A stretch of 64,000 nt of DNA from Lophium mytilinum (lineage: Eukaryota): positions 441,834 to 505,833 of the forward strand of contig MU004189.1 of NCBI GenBank assembly GCA_010093605.1, read 5' to 3'. Shown here in pieces: positions 23,871 to 35,668 of this stretch (its first letter is position 1; each line of letters opens with the position of its first letter). Below the pieces are notes generated by a model that saw only the letters and a program-made list of their open reading frames with translations, searched no databases and was not told the origin of the DNA. Position numbers and translations under genes: made by a program.

Positions 23871-24696
23871 TCCACCCCCGCTATACAGTCAGATCTCAGG
23901 ATCTACCATACAGAACTACCATTGCATTTCGGGCGTTGAATTGCATTAGCCATGAGCGAGCGAGCATTATTGCATAACTTGTGTTCTCGACACTCAAAAT
24001 TCTCCGACCTGGGGATCCGCTGACCCGGTCCTGCATTTACGACACTACAAAAAGCTTTTTCCATCTTGTGGATGTTTACCTTGCTGAGAATCTGCATACC
24101 TTTTCCAGATCGTCTCGGCCTTTGTTTCTTTTGTATGATTCACTTCTCCCAATCCCTTTTGCGCGAGTGGTCCTTTGGCCTCTTTTTATACTTGCCAACT
24201 CCAATGACCCAGCCAACCCTTCCCTCTTGTTTCTTTTCCTTAGATCTTGTGCACTTGACGCCGAATCACGACGAACTACACATCATGTCCTCTGTCTAAC
24301 GATCTTACAACCTCTTTTCTTTAATGCATGAAGGAGAGGGGATGCTGGGATAGGCAGCTTAAATGGTTCACATGAGGTTGGGGGAGCTTTCAGGTTTTCA
24401 TTTTGTCTTTTCTTCCTTCACGACGACCCACGTTCGACACGACGATTTGTTATGCTCTGGGGGACTTTTTTTAATTTTCTTTGCGCAGCATTGGGCATGG
24501 GCAACAATGTATGTAAGCGAAAGCCTAGTTTGCCATGGTTTCTAATGCGTGGGCATATTTTTTGCACTTCTTCCTTCATGACATAGCTGGCCCCATGATG
24601 GGTTTTTGGAATATGAGAATGAGAAATTCTTGATAACCCTTTGAACTGGGTGGTGAGTTTTGAATGCTTGTGAAGTGTTAATCGTGGGTTCTAATA

Positions 24697-25439
24697 GGGC
24701 ACGAGTATTTCCACACCCTCCTATTGTATATTAACACCCCCCAACTTTGGTAGATGCACACCCCTATCATCTAATCTTTCAATTGGCTAGAACGGCTCGG
24801 ACTTTCATTCGGAGCTCCAGTGGCCGGCCGCCTGGCTTAAAGGAGGGCATCATAGAACAGCAGCAGCACCACGGAAGGCAGTATAGCGGCCTGAGAGCGC
24901 CCATCCTAAGCCTCAGCCTTAGCCTTAGCTTGCTCCTTAGCCTTAGCCTTAGCTTGCTCCTCAGCCTTAGGCGGCGCCAGCGCGGCTTCCTTATAAGGAG
25001 CTCCAACGTCAGATAGCATTGTGCGAGGAGGATAGCCAGTGGGGTGCGGCGGCGATGTAGGGGGGGCCAGGTTTAATGCAGAGAGGCCGTAATAAGGTAA
25101 GGATCTAACTGTTTTAGCATGCTTATAGGTACGTAGGCACGTAGGTAGTAATACAACAGCCTATATACACTGTAGGAAACGGGAAGTATGCATAGTAAAA
25201 CGGGTATACTGCACAGCCTTACCATAACTACAGCCTTACGTACAGCCTTATGTACGGATTATATATATAGCCTCATCTACAGCCTTAATAGGCTGCTGGA
25301 AACGGTAAGAATGCGCGATGAAATGGCAGTGATCCGAGCCCTCCGGACCAATCAGAAGATCAGACGGGAGGAGGGTGTACATCTACCAATATTGGGGGGT
25401 GTTAATATACGATAGGAGGGTGTAGAAATACTCGTGCCC
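24697..25439. mobile_element. Non-autonomous TIR DNA transposon (MITE-like, 743 bp); superfamily Mutator or hAT unresolved
   Basis: 67-bp terminal inverted repeats at 24697-24763 and 25373-25439 (62/67 identical, starting GGGCACGAGTATTT). Perfect 8-bp direct repeat TTCTAATA at 24689-24696 and 25440-25447. No intact transposase ORF. Confidence 0.93.
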
Positions 25440-25892
25440 TTCTAATAACTGATTGATATGCAGGCGATCGACCTCTCAATTTTTGCAGACTAATGACAAG
25501 ACGCTGGAGGACCTCTAACGGAGGTGAGCATACACGTGTTAATCATACAGACATAAGGTAAATTATTGTTATTTATGGTATGCTTGTTGTCTTGGCAGTC
25601 TCTCACCTCTGGGCCTCAACTGTTTTGCGTTGGTGCTACGTTCCTAGAACAGATCAAGGCAAGTGACTGCTTCTTATCGAAATTTCGCTGCTTAGCTCAT
25701 CTGTGGTGTCCATGAAGGTGAATTCATCGCAGTTCTCTTGGCATCAATATATAAGTACCTAGTGAAGCTGGCTGCTCTGCTTTCTCAAATCACAATCTTT
25801 CCTTACACCACCGCACTCACCACACTAAAACACCCCATCGGTAGCACTCAATCTACTCCTCCGTGGTTTCTGCTACGACACCGAGCGTCGGC

Positions 25893-26745
25893 ATGTCTGA
25901 GTAAGTCACTATCCTCACTTCATTGCACTAAGTCTAATTGCACTCCCAGCCTTACAGATCCCGCCGTCCCGCCTACGGACGGTACCTGCCACTTCCTTCG
26001 TCTCCCCCAGGAACTTCGCGATGAAGTGTACGGCTATGCTATCACGAGTTCGGAGGACTATGTCGTCTGCGATAAAATCGCAAAGAAGCAGATCCTACGA
26101 TTTCCCGGGGCCAAACCCACTACCAATGCCACAGAGTCGACAATCGTAGTCAACCAGCTTCAATATGTCTCAAAGCAACTTCGCTCCGAAACCCTTGGCT
26201 TTTCGTTCAAGTTGAACAAGAAAGTTGTGATTGTGTCTGAGGATCATAAACGCAAGGGCCCTACTCAAGAAGACCTCGTAGACCTCGAAGACCTCGAAGA
26301 CCATCAGACTGGCGTGCTGCAGCACTCTCTCGACTTTCTCCTCGCGTGCACCCCGACTTCGCTCTCCAAACTCACTACTGTCGTCATCCAGATGGAAGGC
26401 GTAAGTCGTGCTCCTCATGGCGGAATCCTGACTTGGCCTCTGATCAACGGGCCACTCAACGCCTTCTGCATCGCCAATCGACACATTTCCGTCAAGATTG
26501 AATTGTTGGACTGGAAATCGAACTGGGATGCTCAATTCTATGTGCAGGGACGAACCTTGACATTCTTCGCCGATACAGCTCGCGCTAGCATTCCAGATGT
26601 CGCGTCCAATCTGCGATTTGTGCCTGCTGGAAGCTTAGATATCGAAAAGTTGGAAGAAGTCCGTGCTAGGGCGGCCCCGATACAACCTCCGCACTGGCAG
26701 GTGTCACTATCAAATAAGATGGAGAAATGGTTCGAGGGGATCTAG
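25893..26745 (+). CDS. F-box-like array paralogue 1
   Basis: ATG TCT GA|intron 25901-25949|C gives MSDLTDPAVPPTDGTCHFLRLPQELRDEVY...NQLQYVSKQLRSET...SNLRFVPAG...KWFEGI*. TATA-like TATATAA at ~25748. Confidence 0.88.
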
Positions 26746-27257
26746 TGGATGGAAGTGGCTGCATTCGGAGCTAGCCCATGGTTAGTTGTTCAGGGGATGA
26801 CTAAATAAGCTTAGCGGGTCGAGCAAGGGCAAGTCTAGTCGAGTTCTCTTAGAAGAGTTCGTGCACTGATCGAACTTCACTTCGAAGTGTGTGTGCTTTC
26901 TTTCAATCATCGTGTATACCTCCATACATTTTCAAGGCCCTGAACAAGGTGAAAAGTCATGGTTTTGACCCATTGGTACACCTACTGGCGAGATCAAGTC
27001 AGTGGGCCCTTAATTAGATTTATGAGCTTAAGAGGGTGATTCCTATAGTGCTATACTGCCAATGTCTTCGCGAGTCGAGCGGGAGAGGGTTTGACAGATC
27101 TGAGGGTAAGTGAATGTTTCTACTAACCACGTGTTTGCTCTTGATAGACTCCGCTGCCACATATAAAAAACGCTTCCTCGATGTGAGGAACTTCACAACA
27201 TCACCCGCTTCCAGTCTTCCACACCCACCAATTGACGGTCTAGTGCCAACCAATGTT

Positions 27258-28326
27258 ATGGCGCCGACACCTGACTTGCCTGAGTATGTCCCTTTCCCCT
27301 TCGTGGCTTAATTATGCCAACTCTGACTCCTTCATAGCTGTGCAGTCACTAAGAAGGCAGAAATTGCCAAGGGCCGAAATTCGATGTGCCTCCATCAGTA
27401 TGTGCCCTTTCCGAAAGCTGCATCAAGTCTCGCCTAAACATTTTCTTCGTGTCTAACTAGATAAAAGCGACTCCAGTAATCCAATCATCCCACCGGCAGG
27501 GACATGCCCCTTCCTGCGCATTCCCCAAGAACTGCGAGATCTGGTTTATGACCACGCCCTCACGAACCCCAGCGACCATTTGATCTGCACTACATACGTT
27601 ATCCCCACACACGAGGCGTCCCGAATAATCACGCGTCTCCATCACTCCATCTTCGATATCGAGGACATCAATCAGCTCCAATACGTTTCAAGACAGCTGC
27701 ACGCTGAAACCTCGGGTCTGGTTTCCAGGCTTATCAGATGCATTGAGTTCAGGCCAGAGATGTACGGGGTCGACCCCACCTTGGGACTGAAATCACTGGT
27801 CAGATTCGTTGATTCGGCAGAGGTCGCATACGCGCGAGCCCTCATCTTCCTTCGAGCCTGCAAGCACTCTACTATCGCCAACCTCAATACCGTTTTGTTT
27901 CCGCTCGGGGGTAGGTGGTATGTCAATGTCACGCAAACTCGTCAGGACTCCCCGCTTCACGGTTTATGCTCTGCCTATCCGCACATATCCTTCAAGCTTC
28001 AGTTCGAGCATTGGTGGTTTCAACATGCGGAGGGAACATTGTCCTTCCTGAGATCAGGAGTCCGGCTCGAGGGCGGCCACTACGGATATGCACTCACCTT
28101 CTCGTCCAACTTGTCGTTGATGCCTAACCTATCCTATTGCGATGAGAGCGTTCTCTGGGAGGGCATCGTGGAGCTAGGGCTTGAGGAAGACTTGAGCCAG
28201 GCGACGTTCCGTCATGCAAAGAGATGGCTTACGGAGGGTATCAAAGGAGGAAGGCAACGGCTGACGGAGATTTTACGGATTTCCTCTTCCGCTGCAAGTG
28301 GTGGTCTCTTGCTAGAACTTGCGTAG
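27258..28326 (+). CDS. F-box-like array paralogue 2 (two 5' introns)
   Basis: Introns 27284-27337 and 27398-27467 give ...NPIIPPAGTCPFLRIPQELRDLVY...NQLQYVSRQLHAET...SNLSLMP...KRWLTEGI. TATAAA at ~27162. Confidence 0.82.
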
Positions 28327-29309
28327 GGCTGCAAATACTGGGGCAGCGTACAAATCTCGAGGCGGCTGAACCTCAGCCGGCTATTGGAGACTCTTGGTGG
28401 ATCGGCTGCATTGCAGAACACCCGCTCTCCTCACTGGTTTCGAGCCGCCAAGAAAGTATCCATCTAGTGCTACATTCAGGCATCCGAACTTGTGGCTAGT
28501 ACAATGACGAGCGGAGAAATATCTGATAAGAGCCCTAGGATAGCTAGGTGTGGTTTAGGTAATGAGCTTCCATATTCTCTTACGATTTCCATCTTCCCTA
28601 AACACTTGCCCGGAGACTTCTCAAGTAGGCTTCCCATCTCGGGACAAGCCGATCAGTACTAACGACCTGGCTACAACTTGCAAGTTGCGGTGTGCGTTGT
28701 CTTATCACACGATAACTACTTACACCTTTGTAATGCTGTTCGTCGTGCTACAATGTGCTTTTGTCATTTCATAGCGACTGTGTACACCTCCTTGCGATTG
28801 TCTAAGGTGCCCTAGCGAGCTTCCTGATTGTTCAAGACAAACAATTTCATATCGTCCGCATCTTCGGAAATAGCTTGAAGGACCACAAGCAGCGGCAACA
28901 CACAGCAGCTAAGGGCAATCCAGCACGTGAGTGTCCTCTGAGCGGTCACATAAAACTAATTGCGTCCATGCAATAACTGCAGCTCAGCTCGACCTCAAAG
29001 TTCGGCAGTCAGTGTTAAGATATCAGTCATAATCGATGTCACGGACATGCTTTCGGGTTTATGTAAGATCATTGCCCCGAGCCATTTGTACGATTGCGGG
29101 TCACGCAACTTGCGTAGCTTTTTTCGCACTCCACGCGATTTCCTTTGCCTTCAGTTGTGAGGGATTTGGACAGTTGCCCAGCTTCACTTCACCTTCGCCT
29201 CACCTTCACTTTATGGATTCTATCTCTCTTATAATGTCCTTTTCCTTACTTCCAACGCTCTTCTTTACAACAACCCAGACCTGGGTCTCGGAACCAGGTT
29301 GTGCCCATC

Positions 29310-30143
29310 ATGGCATCGTACGTCTCCATCCAGATCCATATATTGCTCCTTAGTTTGGCTAATTCATAAAGCAGCGTCACCGACCCCTCGATTCCTTCAA
29401 GTGACGGCACCTGTCACTACCTCGGCCTGTCTCAAGAACTCCGATATGAGATATATCGATATGTCCTCACCGGTGATGAGGAGTTCATCACCTATGAAAT
29501 GCTCAAGGAAATCAACCAACTCCAATACGTTTCCAAGCAACTTCGGGCAGAGACCGTTGGCCTGACTCTCAAGTTCAACAAGTGTGTCAAGTTTTGGTCA
29601 GCCCACGACATCATCAAATGGAATCGCACCAGCAATCATAGCTGTTTGGTGGGCGTTACACAGGCGGTCAACTTCCTATGGGCGTGCTCTCCAGCCTCCG
29701 CGAGAAAGTTGGCTACCGTGCTGATCGAGGTGCCTTCTCCAAGAACCCACTCAGTCTACAAACTTCCCCTCGCCGACATTTCTGGGCCACTATCGAGCAT
29801 CTGCCGTTCCCGCACCCACAATCATACCTTGGTAAAGATTCGTATCGCCAGCTGGGATTTCAAGGATGTCGCCAAGATTCGAACGTTCATTCGCACTGGG
29901 AAGTTTTTGGAGGGCAAATGGGTTGCCAAATCGCCAGGAGTGTCATCCAACGTGCGGTTTGTACCATTGGGAAGCTCTTTCGATGAGACACTGTTCTCTG
30001 AAGGTATCTCAGCACAGCTAGGGCTCGCATCTAATACCGCCATCGCAACAACGTTGGGCAGGGCAAAAAAGTGGTATGCCGAGGGAATTTCGGGAGGTGA
30101 CAGGTTTCCAAAGTGCCCCTTCGTATTGTCTATGGTGGTCTAG
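29310..30143 (+). CDS. F-box-like array paralogue 3
   Basis: ATG GCA TC|intron 29318-29374|C gives MASVTDPSIPSSDGTCHYLGLSQELRYEIY...NQLQYVSKQLRAETVGLTLKFNK...SNVRFVPLG...KKWYAEGI. Confidence 0.88.
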
Positions 30144-30586
30144 CAAGCTTTCTGGTTGTTCAAAAAGATGAATTCTTATCTCGTTTATCTCCTCAAAAGC
30201 AGCTTGAGGCACCACTCGAAGCGGTAAAGGGAGATACGCAAACCTACGATCTCCTCCTTGCGAGGCAGAGAAGCTGTTACTCGTCAGGTTACTTCACCTC
30301 GCTGTAGGAGCTTGGCATTGGTTAGTCCGCAAGTGGCTTGCATAAGGCCAACCGGGCCTATTGGACGGCTCTGCTGGGACCACTTCCGCAATATGTGATA
30401 TATGATATATCAACTCCGCCTCATTTTCACTATCCAATGATACATAGCAAATTTTTAGTGACACACGGCAAGTATCGTCTTGCGTTTAGGCAGCGCGCTC
30501 CCTTCACTATAAAGCGACCTTCCCTCGTTCAGATCCTTACTCCGTATGTCATCAGCTTCAAAGTCTTTTCCAGCCACAATCACAGC

Positions 30587-31417
30587 ATGGATCCATCCAG
30601 CCCTCCGAAAGACGGCACTTGCCACTTCTTCCGCCCTGCCCAAGAGATCCGGGACATGATATACGAATACGCCCTCACAAGTCCCGACGGCCGTATCATC
30701 TGCAACGAGTACATTGCCTTTGACGACGATGCCCATCAACCTTTCACGCGCCTCGAGTTCCCTCGGAGCAATTGTACAGAGGTTAATCAACTTCGACACG
30801 TCTGCAAGCGATTGTGCGAGGAGACTACTGGTCTTACCCTGAAATTCAACAAACACGTCGAATTCTTTGACAAAACCTTCTTGGTTTCCGAGTATCAGGA
30901 ACCCGAATCCTACTTCAGCGACTGCTCGAATTCAGCCGTTGATAAATGCATCACCTTCTTGAGCGCCTGTACGCCCAAGTCTCGGGCGAAGCTCCATTCT
31001 ATTGTCATCGAGATCCCACACGCTGATGACGCTCCGTATGCCGAAATTGCCACCACACTCAACGACCTCTGCTTCATGGTTCTGCATCTCTCGATCAAGG
31101 TGATCATCGGCGACTGGTATTTCGACCAGGCTAGCGAGGTTCACGACTTTCTGAGGATTGGCTACCTCCTAGAGTCGAAACGACAGGCATACGAGCTTGG
31201 TTCAGCTCCCAATCTAAAGCTTGTCCCGTGCGAGGAGGTTTTCGATGAGGCTATGTTCACGCAAGGCCTCGCAAGGCGCTGGCGTCCCTTCAATGTCAAG
31301 CAATCATTCCCACGAGACACAATTAGGTGGTTGGCGGAGGGTATCGTGGTGCGCGAGGAGAGCTTGGTGGATCCTTTCTTCATCAGGATCGAGCTGCCAA
31401 TTCTACAGCGTCGTTGA
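30587..31417 (+). CDS. F-box-like array paralogue 4 (no coding micro-exon)
   Basis: MDPSSPPKDGTCHFFRPAQEIRDMIYEYALT...NQLRHVCKRLCEETTGLTLKFNK...PNLKLVP...RWLAEGI. TATAAA at ~30508. Confidence 0.86.
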   Translation: MDPSSPPKDGTCHFFRPAQEIRDMIYEYALTSPDGRIICNEYIAFDDDAHQPFTRLEFPRSNCTEVNQLRHVCKRLCEETTGLTLKFNKHVEFFDKTFLVSEYQEPESYFSDCSNSAVDKCITFLSACTPKSRAKLHSIVIEIPHADDAPYAEIATTLNDLCFMVLHLSIKVIIGDWYFDQASEVHDFLRIGYLLESKRQAYELGSAPNLKLVPCEEVFDEAMFTQGLARRWRPFNVKQSFPRDTIRWLAEGIVVREESLVDPFFIRIELPILQRR

Positions 31418-31576
31418 ACGATGAACGAGGCTATGGCTTGCCACTGTCAAGGGTGCCTCGGCATACTCCGAGAAGTCAGAACCTCATTACTTTGTATAAT
31501 CGGCGAAGTCATTAGGCCACCTCAGACAGCGGTAGGCGGGGGATCAAAAACTATATCTGACGATACGCTGCTACAG

Positions 31577-31650
31577 ATTCAAATGAGTGACTTGAGGAAA
31601 CTTGATGTACATTCAAATGAGTGACTTGAGGAAACTTGATGTACATTCAA
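31577..31650. repeat. Perfect 34-bp tandem duplication
   Basis: ATTCAAATGAGTGACTTGAGGAAACTTGATGTAC occurs at 31577-31610 and 31611-31644, followed by ATTCAA. Confidence 0.95.
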
Positions 31651-31955
31651 GTGCGACTGTCTGGGGTCCCCCTGGGTTTTAGGAAACTATGACGTGATGT
31701 TATATTGGAGGCAGTGGGTTCCCAGCTAATGTATGAAAGCCATTCTATATCAACTTTGAAACCAACCGGGAGAAAGAGCATGGAACCGGATTGGAATCTA
31801 TTGATGGGGCTAACTTGGTAAGTCTTATATATCTCGACCTTGAAATCATCCCAGAGGCACCATACCCCGAGTATGAGCCCCTATTGCTGCCTAAGACCTG
31901 TAGAGAAGCCTTCTGGTACCTCCCGCAACCCAAGTGCTGGCCGATGGTAGACATT

Positions 31956-32774
31956 TCACAAAATCGAGGGCAGCTGCTCCAAACCCGGACACCAAGCCAT
32001 TTCCACTTCGGACATTCCCTCGGAGAACCACGTTCTCACCCGAGGCAGCCACCTCTCAATTCCAGCAGTATCAAAGATACCTAGATAGTCCCGCTCGGCC
32101 AATAATCGTTGAGCAAGTACACCTTCATCGAACTTTCCGGTGGGTAGCACCCGCAAGTTGGGAAAGCGTAACCGAAAACAATGGTGCTTAGCGTATTTGC
32201 CCTCTAATATGAACCGAGTGACACTCTTGCCATACGTCAATTTCCAGGCTTCCGACCGGAGCTTGACCATAACGTGTATGTGGGTGGAGCACCACCTACG
32301 AAGTGGACCGGTGATAGAGTCCCACTGCGTGCACTTATTTGATATTTGGCTGTATCCTGATTGAAGGTCAATCTGGATGGTGGCGAGTTTCGAGGTAGAG
32401 ACTGTCGTGCAAGTAGTCAGGAAGCTGAGACGCTGATCCAGATACACGTCGATGTCGCATGGTTTCATCCTCAGGATGTCCTTGTCGCATGTAATGTGAA
32501 CCTGTTTGTTCAGTTTGAGGGTCAACCCGAGGGTTTCGGCGCGTAATTGCTTGGAGACGTATTGCAGCTGGTTGAACCCATCGAGTTGGTCGTCGTAGAG
32601 GAAGTCTTCGTCGCTGGTGAGAGCATATTCATAGACTTCGTCGCGGAGTTCCCGCGGAAGACCCAGCAAATAACAGCTCCCATCAACTGGGGGTATGGAA
32701 GGGTCGGTGCTGTTAGAGGAGTTAGTCAGATGAGGTAGTATTACGTTTCTCTAAAGGACGACTTACGAAGACAT
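31956..32774 (-). CDS. F-box-like array paralogue 5 (inverted)
   Basis: ATG TCT TC|intron 32766-32710|C gives MSSTDPSIPPVDGSCYLLGLPRELRDEVYEYALT...NQLQYVSKQLRAETLGLTLKLNK...PNLRVLPTG...TWFSEGM. Confidence 0.88.
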
Positions 32775-33061
32775 GGAGATTTTGGGGCAGTGAGTGTGTG
32801 TGTGTATGTCGGTGTGGTTTGATGCAACCACAGGCTGGCAAGTAGATACGAGGGCCTTTATAGTATGGAAACAAGGTAAAGATTTCTTAGGGAACTATTT
32901 TGGCTCAATTCACCGGCATTGCCGCTCATTTCCACTACTCCAAGTTGGTCCGTAGGAACCACCTCACTTCCACAACAGAACCTGCTATCCACTGGGACTC
33001 TCTCTACACAACACGCATTTCACCAGAACACACAACACTTTGGAATCTTCAATCACTTGCC

Positions 33062-33922
33062 ATGTCTTCGTAAGGCCCCTTATATCCGCAAAATCCCAGC
33101 TCATCCATCTAACCGTGAGGATACAGCATCATCAATCCCTACAACCCGGCGGACGGCGTATGCCATTTCCTTCGCCTTCCCCGAGAGCTCCGAGACATGG
33201 TCTACGAATTTGCGATCACCAGCGAATCGGAGTCTGTCACATTCGTGGACGGTAAGATCGGATACATCGACCTATACAGTCAAACCCGAAGCGTCAACGA
33301 GCTACAATACGTCTCTAAGCAACTGCGTGCTGAGACTATTGGTCTCACTCTGAAGTTCAACAAGTGCGTCCGCTTCAACGAGAACGATTCCTTCAAAGAG
33401 CTCGATATCGAGCAAGCGGTCGAAACATCAAAGAGTGTGACCGAATGCCTCAAGTTCCTCAAGGCGTGCACACCGACCTCGATCTCGAAGCTCGCAACAA
33501 TCTTGATCGAGATGCCTGAACCCCACATTAGTGCAGTTCTAACCTACTTGCGCTCGTGGAGAAATATAGTTAGCGAGCTTTCCAAGTTCTGTATCGCGAA
33601 CCCGCACGCCTTGGTCAAGATCTCTGTCACCAAGTGGTACCTCGACGAAAGCGCAACACACGGTCCCTTAGATACATCTTGGTTCTACGAGACTAATTAT
33701 AAGGTCAAACGCACTGCTGCTTGGGGAAGGCTCGGATCTGCGTCCAACTTGCGAGTGTTCCCTTTTGGTAGCCTGCCCGATCAAGGCTTGCTGTCTCATA
33801 GTGTGCCTCTGACTAGTGTGCCTCTAAGGTGGCTTGCCGAGATAAAGAAGGTGTATGCAGACGGGATCTCAAGTGGAGATTTTGATCCAGCAGGCTGGAT
33901 AGCTCTGGCGGACGATCAGTAG
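33062..33922 (+). CDS. F-box-like array paralogue 6
   Basis: ATG TCT TC|intron 33070-33126|C gives MSSIINPYNPADGVCHFLRLPRELRDMVY...NELQYVSKQLRAETIGLTLKFNK...SNLRVFPFG...KVYADGI. Confidence 0.88.
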
Positions 33923-34282
33923 TCCAAAGAGGTGCCTGGGGGGTGATGGTACAGCAGACGGAGCGGTATTGGATCTTTCTTTTTATATCGGATGGTTCTG
34001 GGAGAGCTTCAGCGAGTAGTTGCATATAAGCTGAAGTCTAAATATTAGACCCCCTACCTGAATTCGCCTTCTCTTACCAGTGTAATCAGCCTACTGTCGT
34101 GTCCCTCTGAGCCTCGTCATGTGACCCATACCATAACAGTTTCCCAAAGATTCACCACGACGGACCTTGCGACACTATTTCGGATTATCAAAACCCCCCT
34201 CCTAACTCCTAACTTCCAGCTCTAACAACTCTCTACGTACACGCATACACTCAACCACCCCACCCAAACCCAACAGCAACCA

Positions 34283-34918
34283 ATGCCTCCATTAGGTACT
34301 CCAATAACCACCATGGACCAGGATGATTCGTAAGAACCCATTTCAACCTGCTTTGCTCTTCGTCTAACAACTTTTGATAGTGTTGCCAATCCCTCAATCC
34401 CGCCGGCGGATGGGACATGCGTCTTCCTACGTCTGCCCCAGGAGCTCCGCGACATGGTGTATAAATACGCCATCACCTCTCCGACCGGCCGTGTGCTTTG
34501 CTGCCAGTACGCCAACAAGCAAGTCCTCAAGATATCACAACCAGACGACCTGGCCCGGCCTATAGTCAAAGCGAACCAGCTGCAATATGTTTCCAAGCAA
34601 TTGCGCGCAGAAACGGTCGGTCTGACGTTGAAGTTCAACACGGAGGTTCTGTTCAAGGGAAATAGGACGACGAACAGTGATAGATACGAGCACTTCGACG
34701 AGCAGCTTCGTACCTTCCACTGTGGGTTCGGTCAAAGGTTCGACCGCGCAAACAGGCAGTGTCTTCGCTTCCTCGGAGACTGCAGCGAAGCTAGCCTGCA
34801 AAAGCTGAGGACTATCGTCCTCGACTTCGCCGGAGATGCCCTCCCATACGAAGATCCTGTTTCCCGCTTCTGTTCCGATTATCCACACATCTCTGTTAAG
34901 ATCCGTGTGATTGAATAG
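34283..34918 (+). pseudogene. F-box-like array paralogue 7, truncated by a nonsense codon
   Basis: Intron 34330-34380 gives NPSIPPADGTCVFLRLPQELRDMVY...NQLQYVSKQLRAETVGLTLKFN...HISVKIRVIE then TAG exactly where all siblings have Trp. A second TAG follows two codons later, and the C-terminal motifs are not recoverable in frame. Confidence 0.8.
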
Positions 34919-35668
34919 GATTAGACAGGTGGCCAGATCGCTGGGATCACGTTCCCTAATTCACAGAGAGAAGCGAATGAGGCGAGGCAAGTCTATCCAG
35001 GAGGGTGTTCGGGCGGCAGAGTGGGTGGACGGCCGATGGAATTGGCCGGGAAAGTATCCTTAGAACGAGGGCTGAGGAGCTGGCAGGTGTTGATATTAGC
35101 ATTCTGGGAATATTCCAAGGCTAAGATTTCGAGGGATGAGTATCAAGTAATGTAAACAAAAAGTCCTACTCGAATCTGGGGAACTAATATGTGCTTGGCT
35201 AAAGCCTGCGTAAAATCGCCTACGTAATATCGCCTGCCACAGCTTGAACTGGCTCAAAGCATTCTTAGGGCATCATGAAGGAGACTCTTGACAATCCTGA
35301 TATCTGGCCGGGCGGCCCTTGTGGTGGGGAGGATAATCGTAAATATATTGAGCGTGTATCCTGGCTGTCTAGAGCTTAAGCTCATAGCAAGGCGCGGTAG
35401 AATGTATAGGATTTGATCGATTACCTTCTCCTTTGAGAGTATGCGAGCCTGAGGTCTTGATTGCATCAGCACGATCCCTTCACCAAATCATTCACCGCAA
35501 GGTGAACTTACCTGCTCCTAGACACTCACAGCTTCACCTAGCCCGTCATCATAAACAACTCCTTCCTCTTCCAACACTTTCTCCTACACTCCAGCCTCCC
35601 CATTACTCCACTCTCAGACCACAAAACCACCCGCGCACCTCGATCCTAGTAGTACCACTCTACACACC

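Noticed and set aside
24779..25016. (RL)n / (SL)n peptide ORFs
   Set aside because: They are alternative-frame readings of the short internal repeats of the TIR element, not genes.
30544..30585. Intron-like GTATGT..CACAG just before the ATG of paralogue 4
   Set aside because: It may be a remnant of the family intron, but it is only 42 nt, has no clear branch site and no upstream ATG exon, so it was left out of the gene model.
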